This document shows positions 19,106 to 28,918 of a stretch of DNA of 64,000 nucleotides, piece after piece. A program made the translations under genes and the position numbers. This DNA comes from an uncultured Clostridia bacterium (GTDB lineage Bacteria; Bacillota; Clostridia; TANB77; CAG-508): NCBI GenBank assembly GCA_944390695.1, contig CALXQP010000020.1, positions 1,789 through 65,788 on the forward strand, written 5' to 3'. Numbering within the stretch: the first letter of the stretch is position 1; each line of letters begins with the position of its first letter. The notes under the pieces are model-generated. The model saw only the letters and a program-made list of their open reading frames with translations, searched no databases and was not told where the DNA came from.

Positions 19106-20732
19106 AGGCAATTTTATTTCTTAATTCTCTCGCATATTGTAATGTAACATCATTTACCTCTCCTGATGATATACGTGCAATTTCACACAATGCTTCTTTT
19201 TCATTTAACAATTTTACATTTGTAGAAGTTCTTTCATTTATAATGTTTTTGCTAATAAAATAATTATAATCTGCTGAAGCTGCAATGGCTGCCAAGTGTG
19301 ATATACAAAGTATTTGATGATTTTTAGAAATACTTTTTAACTTTCCTGCAACTGACTTTGCAGCCTTTCCACTAATACCTGTATCTATTTCATCAAATAT
19401 TAATATCGGCATTTTATCTGCTTCTGCTAATACTTTTTTAATAGCAAGCATTAATCTTGACATCTCGCCTCCTGACGCTATTTTCGTTAATTCATTTTCA
19501 TTTTCTCCCACATTTGTTTTTATAAATATTTCTACTTGATCTTTACCATCTTCGTAAAATTCATTTATTTTATATTCTACTTTAACATTGATTTTCGCAT
19601 TTTTCATTTCTAAATCGATTAATTCTTGATTTATTTTTTCACTTAAAATTTGTGCATTAGTTTTTCTGATTTCACTTAATTTTTCTGCAATTTCAGTCAT
19701 ATATCTTTCTATTTCTTGTAATTCTTTTCTTAATTGGTTATTATATTGTTCAACATTTTCTATTTTTTCTATTTCTTTTTCTACCTCATCTGCATATCTT
19801 AAAATTTCTTCTATATTATTTCCATATTTTCTTTTTAAATTATATATAATATCTAATCTTGTTTCTATTTCTTCCCTTTCTTGTTCATCAAAATCAAGCT
19901 CCTCACTAAAATAACTTATATCTCTTGATATTTCTTGAATTTCATAATATACATTTTTTAAATTATCTGATGATTTTTTATATTTTTCATCAATATCTTC
20001 TATCTTCTCTAATGCCCTTATTGCAGCACCTATTACATCTATCGTATTTTCTCCTATGGCCATATCTGCTTCTGCCAAATTTTTTACTATTTTTTCTGAA
20101 TTCATAAAAAATTTTCTTTTTTCCTCTAACTCTTGTTCCTCTCGTGGCTTTAATTTTGCTTCTTTTATTTCATTTAATTGATATTTTAATAAATCTAACT
20201 TTCTTTGCTTTTCTTTTTCATCTCCATAATTTTCTCTTAACTCTCTTTTTATTTCATTATATTTAACAAATTTTTCTTTGTAATCTTTTTTCAATTCTAA
20301 AATTTCGTCTCCAGAAAAATTGTCCAAATATTTTATATGTGTCTTTGAGTCTAGCAATTGTTGATTATCATTTTGGCCATGTATTTCAATATAATTACTC
20401 ATAAAATTTTTCAATTCTGCTACAGTTACTAATCTTCCATTAATTTTACACATATTTTTTCCATTTGCATAAATCTCTCTTGTAATTATTATATTTCCAT
20501 CAATTGAATTGATATCATTAGGAACATATATGCATAATTCCACATATGAATGATTTTCCCCTTTTCTAATCATCTCTTTTGAGAATCTTCCTCCACAGAT
20601 TATTCCCAAAGAATCAATTATTAATGACTTTCCTGCTCCTGTTTCTCCTGTTAACACATTCATACCATTATTAAAATCAACTTCTAAATCATCAATTATT
20701 CCTATATTTTTTATATGTAAATTTGTAATCAT
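19104..20732 (-). CDS. recN: DNA repair protein RecN
   Basis: 542 aa. Walker A GETGAGKS, long coiled-coil middle, C-terminal signature/Walker B region (ILIFDEIDTGISG). Confidence 0.9.
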   Translation of the reverse strand: MITNLHIKNIGIIDDLEVDFNNGMNVLTGETGAGKSLIIDSLGIICGGRFSKEMIRKGENHSYVELCIYVPNDINSIDGNIIITREIYANGKNMCKINGRLVTVAELKNFMSNYIEIHGQNDNQQLLDSKTHIKYLDNFSGDEILELKKDYKEKFVKYNEIKRELRENYGDEKEKQRKLDLLKYQLNEIKEAKLKPREEQELEEKRKFFMNSEKIVKNLAEADMAIGENTIDVIGAAIRALEKIEDIDEKYKKSSDNLKNVYYEIQEISRDISYFSEELDFDEQEREEIETRLDIIYNLKRKYGNNIEEILRYADEVEKEIEKIENVEQYNNQLRKELQEIERYMTEIAEKLSEIRKTNAQILSEKINQELIDLEMKNAKINVKVEYKINEFYEDGKDQVEIFIKTNVGENENELTKIASGGEMSRLMLAIKKVLAEADKMPILIFDEIDTGISGKAAKSVAGKLKSISKNHQILCISHLAAIAASADYNYFISKNIINERTSTNVKLLNEKEALCEIARISSGEVNDVTLQYARELRNKIA

Positions 20733-20795
20733 ATTAAATATTCATTCCTTTCTCACTTCGCTCAAAGACACATATAGCAATGAAATCCTTGATAT
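20733..20795 (-). promoter_or_regulatory. Conserved 5' leader element (copy 1 of 3) immediately upstream of recN
   Basis: Gene-sense TCAAGGATTTCATTGCTATATGTGTCTTTGAGCGAAGTGAGAAAGGAATGAATATTTAAT-ATG. Shares the motif TCAAGG..TTGC.AT..GTGTCTTTGA...AAGTGAGAAAGGAATG with the copies upstream of clpC and the HAD gene. Confidence 0.45.
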
Positions 20796-21039
20796 AATTT
20801 TTTAAAACTATGCATTCTAATGCAAACTTTGCTTATGGTGTATGTGTTACGCATATGTTAGACTCTTAAAATATCTATTCTAATAAAATCCGAATTTTCC
20901 GTATCTTTGTTCGTTTTTTATTATACTAAGTTTTTACTTTTTTGTCAATACTTTTTTCGAACATTTTTTCTTTTTTTGAATTTTTTCGAGATTTTAATGA
21001 AATTTTTTTGTTTTTTTTCGTTTAAGCAGAGCTCTGTAC

Positions 21040-21203
21040 TTGTATATGAAAAATGTTTTTCATATATAAGTACAAGAGGCTTATACTGTTTCCAGTATAA
21101 GCCTCTTGGAGGTACAAGCGACACCGTGGAGTATACTCCCGTGTCTTAGGATAAGAATGCCGTTCTTGCAACTAGAACACACATCCTAAAAGCAAATTTA
21201 AAT
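21040..21203 (-). ncRNA. Candidate structured small RNA / leader downstream of a consensus sigma-A promoter
   Basis: The minus-strand transcript carries four hairpins. One is UUAGGAU...AUCCUAA enclosing GUUCU-AGUUGCA-AGAAC. One is GACACGGGAGUA/UACUCCACGGUGUC. One is a perfect 16-bp stem CAAGAGGCUUAUACUG-gaaa-CAGUAUAAGCCUCUUG. One is UACUUAUAUAUGAAAAA/UUUUUCAUAUACAAGUA, followed by the palindrome CAGAGCUCUG. The region has locally elevated GC. Confidence 0.35.
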
Positions 21204-21210
21204 CATCTAC

Positions 21211-21239
21211 ATTTTACCATCATTTTACATAATTGTCAA
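21211..21239 (-). promoter_or_regulatory. Consensus sigma-A promoter (TTGACA-17-TAAAAT)
   Basis: Minus strand reads cTTGACAattatgtaaaatgatggTAAAATgtagatg. The -35 is perfect and the spacer is 17 nt. Confidence 0.5.
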
Positions 21240-21264
21240 GCACTTTTTTTACCCTTTTGGGCCA

Positions 21265-21377
21265 GAGCCAAAAAAAGCAAAAAGAGAACCGGCACCAAAT
21301 TAACAAAACGCCGCAAACTGCCTAGCTGAGCGGAACAGGGGGCAAAAAGGCAAAAAGAGAACCGGCACCAAATTAAC
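21265..21377. repeat. Dispersed intergenic repeat family A (two cores, reverse orientation)
   Basis: AAAAAGAGAACCGGCACCAAATTAAC at 21279-21304 and 21352-21377 flank gccgcaaactgcctagctgagcggaacaggggg. The uvrA TAA stop lies inside the second core. Confidence 0.7.
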
Positions 21378-24201
21378 ACAAATATTTACCCAAAAACTTG
21401 CCTGTATAGCTTCTCTCATTTTTGCAAATTTGTTCAGGAGAACCGATAGCGATAACTTCTCCGCCTGCATCGCCACCTTCAGGGCCAAGATCAATAATAT
21501 GATCACAAGTTTTAATCAAATCCAAATTATGCTCGATAACAATAATAGTATTTCCCGTATCAACAAGTCTTTGCAAAATATCGACTAGTCTGTGGACATC
21601 TGCAATGTGAAGTCCTGTAGTAGGTTCATCTAATATGTACAAAGTCTTGCCAGTAGCCCTTTTAGAAAGTTCTGTAGCAAGTTTTACACGTTGAGCCTCG
21701 CCTCCAGAAAGAGTAGTTGAAGGCTGGCCAAGTTTGATGTAGCCAAGGCCAACATCAAATAGAGTTTGAATTTTTTGTTTAATTTTAGGAATATTTTCAA
21801 AAAATTCAAGAGCCTCTTCAACAGTCATATCAAGCACATCAGCAATATTTTTACCTTTATATTTAACTTCCAAAGTCTCTCGATTATAGCGCTTGCCTTT
21901 ACACACTTCACATGGAACATAAACATCTGGTAAAAAGTGCATTTCGATTCTGTGAACACCATCACCATTACAGCTCTCACATCTACCACCAGCAACATTA
22001 AAACTAAATCTACCTTTTTCATATCCTCTAATTTTGGCCTCATTAGTTTCAGCAAAAATATCTCTAATCAAATCAAAAGCACCTGTGTAAGTTGCAGGAT
22101 TAGAACGAGGTGTACGTCCAATTGGAGATTGGTCAATATTAATTATTTTATCAATATTATCAAGACCCTTTATGGCCTTACATTTTCCAGGCTTTTCGCT
22201 TGCACCATTTAATTGTTGAGCAATATTTTTATATAAAACCTCATTTACAAGAGTACTTTTTCCAGAGCCTGAAACACCTGTAACACAAGTAAAAACTCCA
22301 AGAGGAAATTTGACACTAACATTTTTCAAATTATTTTCCGTAGCACCAACAATTTCAATACTCTTTTTATATCCTTTTCTTCTAGTTTTAGGAACATGAA
22401 TTTGTTTTCTTCCACTTAAATAATCACCTGTAATTGAGCCTTGTACCTGTTTTATTTCCTCAGCAGTCCCTTGTGCCATAACTTGACCACCATGAACACC
22501 AGCACCTGGCCCAATATCTATAATTTGATCAGCAGCATACATTGTATCTTCATCATGTTCTACAACTAGCAAAGTATTTCCCAAATCTCTTAACTTTTTC
22601 AAAGTAGCAATTAATCTATCATTATCTCTTTGATGTAGCCCGATACTTGGTTCATCTAAAATATATAAAACTCCTGTTAAACCAGAACCGATTTGAGTTG
22701 CCAAACGAATACGCTGAGCCTCGCCTCCAGAAAGAGTTCCCGCACTTCTAGATAAAGTTAAATATTCCAAGCCAACATCAACCAAAAATTGTAATCTTGA
22801 ATTGATTTCTTTTAAAATCATGTCTGCAATTATTTTTTGAGACTGAGTTAGCTCTAAATTAGAAAGAAAAGATTGCAACTGATTTATTGACATATCTGTC
22901 ATTTCATTTATATTTTTATCACCAATTTTTACACTCAAAACTTCTTTTTTCAATCTTGCGCCATTACATTCATCACAATGCATATTACTCATGTACATCT
23001 CATAAAAATCTCTCATTCCTTGAGATTTAGTCTCATTGTGACGCCTCTCAAGTGTCGGAATTACGCCCTCAAAAGGTGTTTTAAATTTTCTGATACCATA
23101 TGGTGACTCAAACTCAAAATCAATTTCTTCAGTACCTGTACCATATAAGATTTTCTCCAAAAAATCTCTTGGCAAATCTTTTATTTTCTTATTTTTTATT
23201 TCTACACTATAATGTTTTCCAATACTTTCAAAATACATTTTGGCCATAGTGTCACCTTTTTTCATAGTACTTGAGCCAAAAGCCTTTACACCATCATATA
23301 ATGTTTTAGTTTTATCTGGAATAATCAAATCTTCATCCATTTTCATCAAATAGCCTATTCCAGAGCACTTTGGACAGGCACCATATGGATTATTAAAAGA
23401 AAACATTCTTGGAGTCAATTCAGGGAAACTAAAGCCACAATCAGGACATGCATAATTGCAACTATAAAGTACAGGTTGTTTGCCAACAATATCTATTAAA
23501 ACCATATTTTCTGCATGTTTTAGAGCAACTTCGATTGATTCTGTAAGTCTACCAACAATCTCCTTTTTGATAACTAATCTATCAACAACAATTTCAATTT
23601 CATGTTTTTTATTTTTATCTAATTTAATTTCATCTGTTAAATCAAAAATCTCTCCATCAACTCTGACTCTGGCAAAACCATCTTTTTGCAAATCTTCAAA
23701 AAGCTTAGTATATTCACCTTTTCTGCTCCTAACAACAGGAGCCAAAACTTGAATTCTAGTGCCTTCTTCCAATTTCATTACATTATCGACAATCTGATCT
23801 ATTGATTGTTTCTCAATTTTTTTTCCGCAATTTGGACAATAAGGAACACCAATTCTTGCATATAATAAACGAATATAATCATATATTTCAGTTACTGTTC
23901 CAACTGTTGAACGTGGATTTTTTGAAGTTGTTTTTTGGTCAATAGAAATCGCAGGTGATAGCCCATCAATTGACTCTACATCTGGCTTTTCCATCAATCC
24001 TAAAAATTGGCGAGCGTATGATGACAAGCTCTCAACATATCTTCTTTGACCTTCTGCATATAGTGTATCAAATGCTAATGATGATTTTCCAGACCCTGAT
24101 AATCCTGTTATTACAACTAATTTATCTCTTGGAATTTCCAAATTTATATTTTTTAAATTATGTTCTTTAGCTCCTTTAATTACTATTTTGTCGTTCATCA
24201 T
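21373..24201 (-). CDS. uvrA: Excinuclease ABC subunit A
   Basis: 942 aa. Two ABC ATPase modules ([20 protein letters not shown]), zinc-finger CxxC pairs, signature LSGGE motifs. Confidence 0.97.
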   Translation of the reverse strand: MMNDKIVIKGAKEHNLKNINLEIPRDKLVVITGLSGSGKSSLAFDTLYAEGQRRYVESLSSYARQFLGLMEKPDVESIDGLSPAISIDQKTTSKNPRSTVGTVTEIYDYIRLLYARIGVPYCPNCGKKIEKQSIDQIVDNVMKLEEGTRIQVLAPVVRSRKGEYTKLFEDLQKDGFARVRVDGEIFDLTDEIKLDKNKKHEIEIVVDRLVIKKEIVGRLTESIEVALKHAENMVLIDIVGKQPVLYSCNYACPDCGFSFPELTPRMFSFNNPYGACPKCSGIGYLMKMDEDLIIPDKTKTLYDGVKAFGSSTMKKGDTMAKMYFESIGKHYSVEIKNKKIKDLPRDFLEKILYGTGTEEIDFEFESPYGIRKFKTPFEGVIPTLERRHNETKSQGMRDFYEMYMSNMHCDECNGARLKKEVLSVKIGDKNINEMTDMSINQLQSFLSNLELTQSQKIIADMILKEINSRLQFLVDVGLEYLTLSRSAGTLSGGEAQRIRLATQIGSGLTGVLYILDEPSIGLHQRDNDRLIATLKKLRDLGNTLLVVEHDEDTMYAADQIIDIGPGAGVHGGQVMAQGTAEEIKQVQGSITGDYLSGRKQIHVPKTRRKGYKKSIEIVGATENNLKNVSVKFPLGVFTCVTGVSGSGKSTLVNEVLYKNIAQQLNGASEKPGKCKAIKGLDNIDKIINIDQSPIGRTPRSNPATYTGAFDLIRDIFAETNEAKIRGYEKGRFSFNVAGGRCESCNGDGVHRIEMHFLPDVYVPCEVCKGKRYNRETLEVKYKGKNIADVLDMTVEEALEFFENIPKIKQKIQTLFDVGLGYIKLGQPSTTLSGGEAQRVKLATELSKRATGKTLYILDEPTTGLHIADVHRLVDILQRLVDTGNTIIVIEHNLDLIKTCDHIIDLGPEGGDAGGEVIAIGSPEQICKNERSYTGKFLGKYLC

Positions 24202-24281
24202 AAATTTCCTTTCATATTTTACTATCTTTCTTCTTTATTTTTTGATATTTTACAACTTTTTCATCTTCCTAAGATTTTTTA

Positions 24282-24971
24282 CTATCTCTCCTCTTCAGCT
24301 CTTTTAGACTCTCCTAAAATAGCTTCTACTTTCTTTTTAATTTGTTTATTTATTTCAGCCATGCCGTCAGTAATTCCTGGCAAATCAGTTTTTTCACTTA
24401 CATAAGATGCTTTTTCTTTGACTTCTGTTCTACTATTTTTAGGACATACAACTAATCCATGTTCTTGGTCTTTTACATATCCCATTGCATCTAAATCATT
24501 CCTTCCATTGCCACAGTAAATAGCCATAAATAATTCTTTTCCAAAACTATCTTTATATGTTTCACACCAAGTCCTTACATATTTTGCCTTTCCATATCTT
24601 GCCATATCAAAATTCCCTTTATCAACAGGCTTTTTCAAAGCAAATATCCTATCACCTAAAAATTCTTCTGAAATCATCCCATCTTCCAAATATGCAGCTC
24701 CACATTCAATTGGCAAAATTGGATTTTTAGAATCACTTATATGATTATAACTTGCTATATTTTTGTCAATTCTCCCCATTATTTCTTCCATTTGATGTTT
24801 GTACACTGGTGAAACAAGATGTAAATGGACTTCACCTTTTGTTAATTGCTGTAATGTATCAATTTGTTTCAAAAACTCATACATGGCAGAATCATCATAT
24901 TTGCCATCTTCTTCTCTTAATATAGTCCCCTCTAAATCTGAAAATAATAAAATAACTTTTCTTTTATCCAT
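24282..24971 (-). CDS. HAD-superfamily hydrolase (Cof/IIB-like)
   Basis: 229 aa. Motif I FSDLEGTIL (DxE variant of DxD) and motif IV CGNGRNDLDAMG. Confidence 0.6.
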   Translation of the reverse strand: MDKRKVILLFSDLEGTILREEDGKYDDSAMYEFLKQIDTLQQLTKGEVHLHLVSPVYKHQMEEIMGRIDKNIASYNHISDSKNPILPIECGAAYLEDGMISEEFLGDRIFALKKPVDKGNFDMARYGKAKYVRTWCETYKDSFGKELFMAIYCGNGRNDLDAMGYVKDQEHGLVVCPKNSRTEVKEKASYVSEKTDLPGITDGMAEINKQIKKKVEAILGESKRAEEER

Positions 24972-25040
24972 AAAAATTTCATTCCTTTCTTGCTTTTCAC
25001 TTCATTCAAGGCACTTATTGCAACAAAAGCCCTGAAATAA
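24972..25040 (-). promoter_or_regulatory. Conserved 5' leader element (copy 2 of 3) upstream of the HAD hydrolase gene
   Basis: Gene-sense TTCAGGGCTTTTGTTGCAATAAGTGCCTTGAATGAAGTGAAAAGCAAGAAAGGAATGAAATTTTT-ATG. The stem TCAGGGC/GCCTTGA is retained through compensatory changes relative to the other copies. Confidence 0.45.
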
Positions 25041-25286
25041 TTTCTTTAAAATTAACTCTCCTTTTTCCAATACTACTTTAGTTTACTACATTATGTTTAT
25101 TTAGTCAAGCTCTTTCTAATTTTGAATTTTTAAAGACCAACAATTTAATTAAATCAATCAAAACTATTGACTTTACATCTATTTCACTGTATAATTTTAA
25201 TTGTATTTTTTCAATATTTTTATTATTTATTTTTTATTTCTTAAAGTATTTTCGTACTAACTTTCAAAATAAGGAGGTGAATATAT

Positions 25287-25952
25287 ATGGAAAATAATGA
25301 TAAATTAGACTTAATTTTGAATAAATTAAGCCAAAATGACGATAGAATTGATTCAATTTTAAATAAGTTAATCCAAAATGATAATAGAATTTATTTAATC
25401 TGTGAAAATTTAAATTCTATGTCTGGACAAATTGATTCCTTAAATAAGCAAATTAATTCTATGTCGAGACAAATTGATTCCTTAAATAAGCAAATTAATT
25501 CTATGTCTGAACAAATTGATTCCTTAAATAAGCAAATTAATTCTATGTCCTTAAAATTAGAAGAACATGATAAGAAATTTGATATAGTCTTCGAAAAATT
25601 AGAACAACATGATAAAGAGTTCAAGGCTATAAATCAAAAACTTGATTTTGCTTTTGAAAAATTGGAACAACATGATAAAGAGTTCAAGGCTATAAATCAA
25701 AAACTTGACTTTGCATTTGAAAAATTGGAACAACATGATAAAGAATTCAAAACTATAAATCAAAAATTTGATATAGTATTTAATGAATTAGACAAACATT
25801 CTTGCCAATTATCAAATATTAATAGAAGATTTGATTTAACATTATTAGAACTAAAAAAAGATTTTAACACTATTGAGCAAAAATATAATGAAACAGATAA
25901 AAAAGTAGAAGATAATACTTTAAGAATTTCATTCTTAGAAGATGCCATTTAA
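25287..25952 (+). CDS. Coiled-coil protein built from tandem repeats
   Basis: 221 aa, SD AAGGAGG. 14-aa units SMSxQIDSLNKQIN ×3 and 20-aa units FEKLEQHDKEFKAINQKLDFA ×3. Heptad-like pattern throughout. Confidence 0.6.
   Translation: MENNDKLDLILNKLSQNDDRIDSILNKLIQNDNRIYLICENLNSMSGQIDSLNKQINSMSRQIDSLNKQINSMSEQIDSLNKQINSMSLKLEEHDKKFDIVFEKLEQHDKEFKAINQKLDFAFEKLEQHDKEFKAINQKLDFAFEKLEQHDKEFKTINQKFDIVFNELDKHSCQLSNINRRFDLTLLELKKDFNTIEQKYNETDKKVEDNTLRISFLEDAI
25417..25790 (+). repeat. Intragenic tandem DNA repeats (3×42 bp, then about 3×60 bp)
   Basis: ctatgtc[tg]gacaaattgattccttaaataagcaaattaatt repeated at 25417, 25459 and 25501. ttgaaaaattggaacaacatgataaagagttcaaggctataaatcaaaaacttgactttgc repeated from about 25590. 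Confidence 0.7.
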
Positions 25953-25972
25953 AATACAAGAAGTAAAAAGTA

Positions 25973-26015
25973 TAAAACCCTATATTAGGTCATATGCCTT
26001 TATATAGGGTTTCAT
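25973..26015. terminator. Bidirectional intrinsic terminator between convergent genes
   Basis: Stem AAACCCTATAT / ATATAGGGTTT with flanking T/A tracts. Sits between the 25952 (+) end and the prkC (-) end. Confidence 0.55.
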
Positions 26016-26025
26016 TAATATTTAA

Positions 26026-28017
26026 TTATTCATCAATATACATTGTATTTGTACTATTCAAATCCATTGTATATGTTGAAGTCTTCCCATCTATAATAAC
26101 TTTTATTTCGATCTTTCCTTTACCTTTTACAGTAACTTTTTTCTCTGTATTATTTTCTTTTACAGTTTCATTATCTCTTGTAACTTGCTCTCCATTTACA
26201 GTAACTTTAAAAGAAACATCTTTTGGAGTATTGTCTTTTTCAACTTCATTTCCTTCTTCATCTTTAACTATTACCTTATCTTTATAATCTGTCAATTTTT
26301 TGACATTTATAATAATAGTTCCTTCTTTAGCTTCAACTAATTTATTAACTGTTATTGTAATAGTTGTTCCTTCATCAACAGTCTCTCCATCAGCAATGCT
26401 TTGTTTTAATACAACGCCATTATCTCTAGTAGTATCTTCCCCATATTCGACATTAACAACTAATCCCAAATCTTCTAAAGTCTTTTTAGCTGTAGCTTCA
26501 TCTTTTAAGAAAACAGATGAAACAACAACTTGTTTTAATCCAGTACCAATACTTACATAAACTTTAACAGTATCTCCTGCATTAACTTCTGTTTCAGGTT
26601 CTGTTTCTTGTTTAATTATAATCCCAGCCTCTACAGTTTTACTAGTTTCTTCTACAATTTCAAGTTTTATTTTAGCCTCTTTGGCAACATTTTCTGCCTC
26701 TTCTTTAGTCAAGCCTTTTAATACTGGTACTTTTGTTTTTTCAGTACCTAAACTTATTACAACCTTTACATCTGTATTTTGTCTTATTTTTCTTCCTTCA
26801 ACAAAAGTTGGATCTTGTGAAATTATTTTTCCTGCTTCATATTCTGTACTATATTGTGGTTCTTCTTCAATATAATTCAATTTATTTTCTTCTAATATTT
26901 GTTTTGCTTCTTCAATTGTTTTTCCTACTAAGTTAGGAATTGCAACTTCTTTTGGTCTTGTAGCATTAGCTATACCTATTGTTGTTCCTATACTAATAGT
27001 AAATAATAATATCAAACCTATAATTGAAGTAAGAATTTTATGATTTTTTACAAAAGCTACGAATTTGTTTTCATTATTATTTTCTTTTTTAGCAGTTTTA
27101 GAACTTCTAACCTCTTCATTTCCAAGAGTTGTAAACTTTTGAGTTGGAAAATCTCCTTGATTGTCATTATTATCGACAAAATCTCCATTTGGCTCTTTTA
27201 AAGCTCTTTTTAAATCCATTACAAAAGATGTTGCATTTTGATAACGAAGATTAGAATCTTTTCTTAATGCTTTCATAATTATATCATTAACAGCCATAGG
27301 AATATTAGGATTTACCTCAATTGGTGGCTTTGGTTCTTCCTGCATATGTTTTAGTGCTACAGATACTGGTGTATCTGCATCAAAAGGAACTTTACCTGTT
27401 AACATTTCATACATTACCACACCTAATGAATATAAATCTGATTTTTCATCAGTATATCCTCCTCTAGCATGTTCTGGTGAAAAATAATGTACAGAACCTA
27501 TTGTTGTCCCAAATGCAGTTATTGTTGAATTAGAAACAGCTTTTGCTATTCCAAAATCTGTTACTTTTGCAATACCTTCTTCTGTTATTATTATATTATG
27601 TGGTTTTATATCTCTATGTATTATATGATTTTTATGTGCAATCTCTAATGCAGATGCTATCTGTGTTGCAATATTTACTGACCATTTCCATGGTAATGGA
27701 CCTTTTTCTTCTATTATTATTTCTTTTAATGTTTTTCCTTTTATCAATTCCATAACAATATAATATAAGTTTCCATCTACACCTACATCATACACAGACA
27801 CTATATTAGGATGTGTTATACTTGCAGCTGATTGTGCTTCAACTTCAAACCTTTTTATAAATTCTTCGTCTGTTGTAAATTCATCTCTCAAAATCTTGAT
27901 TGCTACATATCTATTTAAAACATGACATTTAGCCTTATATACTGTTGCCATTCCTCCACTGCCAATTTTTTCAATAATTTCATATCTGTTTCCTAACAAT
28001 CTACCTTTTAAATCCAT
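26026..28017 (-). CDS. prkC: Ser/Thr protein kinase with PASTA domains (PrkC/Stk1 family)
   Basis: 663 aa. Kinase subdomains (GSGGMATVYKA, HRDIKPHNI, DFGIA), a TM segment, and three or four PASTA repeats. Confidence 0.95.
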   Translation of the reverse strand: MDLKGRLLGNRYEIIEKIGSGGMATVYKAKCHVLNRYVAIKILRDEFTTDEEFIKRFEVEAQSAASITHPNIVSVYDVGVDGNLYYIVMELIKGKTLKEIIIEEKGPLPWKWSVNIATQIASALEIAHKNHIIHRDIKPHNIIITEEGIAKVTDFGIAKAVSNSTITAFGTTIGSVHYFSPEHARGGYTDEKSDLYSLGVVMYEMLTGKVPFDADTPVSVALKHMQEEPKPPIEVNPNIPMAVNDIIMKALRKDSNLRYQNATSFVMDLKRALKEPNGDFVDNNDNQGDFPTQKFTTLGNEEVRSSKTAKKENNNENKFVAFVKNHKILTSIIGLILLFTISIGTTIGIANATRPKEVAIPNLVGKTIEEAKQILEENKLNYIEEEPQYSTEYEAGKIISQDPTFVEGRKIRQNTDVKVVISLGTEKTKVPVLKGLTKEEAENVAKEAKIKLEIVEETSKTVEAGIIIKQETEPETEVNAGDTVKVYVSIGTGLKQVVVSSVFLKDEATAKKTLEDLGLVVNVEYGEDTTRDNGVVLKQSIADGETVDEGTTITITVNKLVEAKEGTIIINVKKLTDYKDKVIVKDEEGNEVEKDNTPKDVSFKVTVNGEQVTRDNETVKENNTEKKVTVKGKGKIEIKVIIDGKTSTYTMDLNSTNTMYIDE

Positions 28018-28036
28018 TTTTTTCTCTCCTTATAGG

Positions 28037-28771
28037 TTATATGTTTTTAATTACTACAACTGTTATATTATCTAACCCACCATTTTCATTTGCTAAATTT
28101 ATCAGCCTGATAGGCGCTTTTTCTATATTTCCTTTTGCCATTTTAAATATTTCTTCTTGTTTTACCATATTTGTTAATCCATCTGATGCCATAAGTAAGA
28201 TATCATCTCTCAAAAAACCTTTTACTGATACATCTGGCTCAACAAATGCATTACACCCAAGTGCTTTCATAAGCATATTTTTTTTAGGATGATTTTCCGC
28301 TTCTTCTCTTGTTATTGTTCCATCTTTTACTAATTTTTGCACATAGCTATGGTCTTGAGTCAATTTTCTTATAAAATCTTTTCTTATTCTATAAATTCTA
28401 CTATCACCAATATGACCAATATATGCCTTATTATTATATATTAAACAAACTTCTAAAGTAGTACCCATTCCTTCAAGTTCTTTATCTTCTTTTGATTTTT
28501 CATATACTACCATATTTGCATATTCCATACTGCTTGCTACTAATTGTATTAAACTTTCTCTATCTTTCGGAGTTTCTTTAAAGTTGTTCTCTATATAGCT
28601 TTTAGTACATTTTATAGCTAGACTACTTGCAATCTCTCCACCTTTGTATCCACCCATGCCATCTGCTAATAAGTATAATTTGATTTCACTTAATGAATCA
28701 GATATATAGTATGAATCTTGGTTCATTTCTCTTACTTTTCCTACATCTGATTTTGCATAAGCTATTACCAT
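28037..28771 (-). CDS. stp: PP2C-family Ser/Thr phosphatase (Stp/PrpC)
   Basis: 244 aa. ADGMGG and SDGL PP2C metal-binding motifs. Immediately upstream of prkC. Confidence 0.9.
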   Translation of the reverse strand: MVIAYAKSDVGKVREMNQDSYYISDSLSEIKLYLLADGMGGYKGGEIASSLAIKCTKSYIENNFKETPKDRESLIQLVASSMEYANMVVYEKSKEDKELEGMGTTLEVCLIYNNKAYIGHIGDSRIYRIRKDFIRKLTQDHSYVQKLVKDGTITREEAENHPKKNMLMKALGCNAFVEPDVSVKGFLRDDILLMASDGLTNMVKQEEIFKMAKGNIEKAPIRLINLANENGGLDNITVVVIKNI

Positions 28772-28918
28772 TGTTTCACCTCGTATCTTTATTTTTCATT
28801 TTACGTTATATCATACTTTCACTTTTTTTTCAATCTTTTTTTAAAATTTTTAAGTTCCAGAGAAATGCTGAAAATCCCTGAAACTTAAAATTCTAAATAA
28901 AATCTTTAAACATTTTAT

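Noticed and set aside
20733-21000. LexA (Cheo box GAAC-N4-GTTC) upstream of recN and uvrA. CtsR heptad repeat upstream of clpC.
   Set aside because: Only half-sites or distant inverted GTTCG/CGAAC pairs are seen. No properly spaced operator was found by eye. A computational PWM scan would be needed to exclude weak sites.
21040-21203. 6S RNA or a known riboswitch as identity of the structured region.
   Set aside because: The fold is several independent short hairpins rather than one long interrupted helix with a central bubble. No conserved riboswitch core motifs were recognised. It is left as an unclassified candidate.
21300-21506. 68-aa ORF overlapping the uvrA 3' end and a family A repeat.
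   Set aside because: It is in a different frame inside uvrA and extends into the repeat. It has no SD. It is a translation artefact of the repeat.
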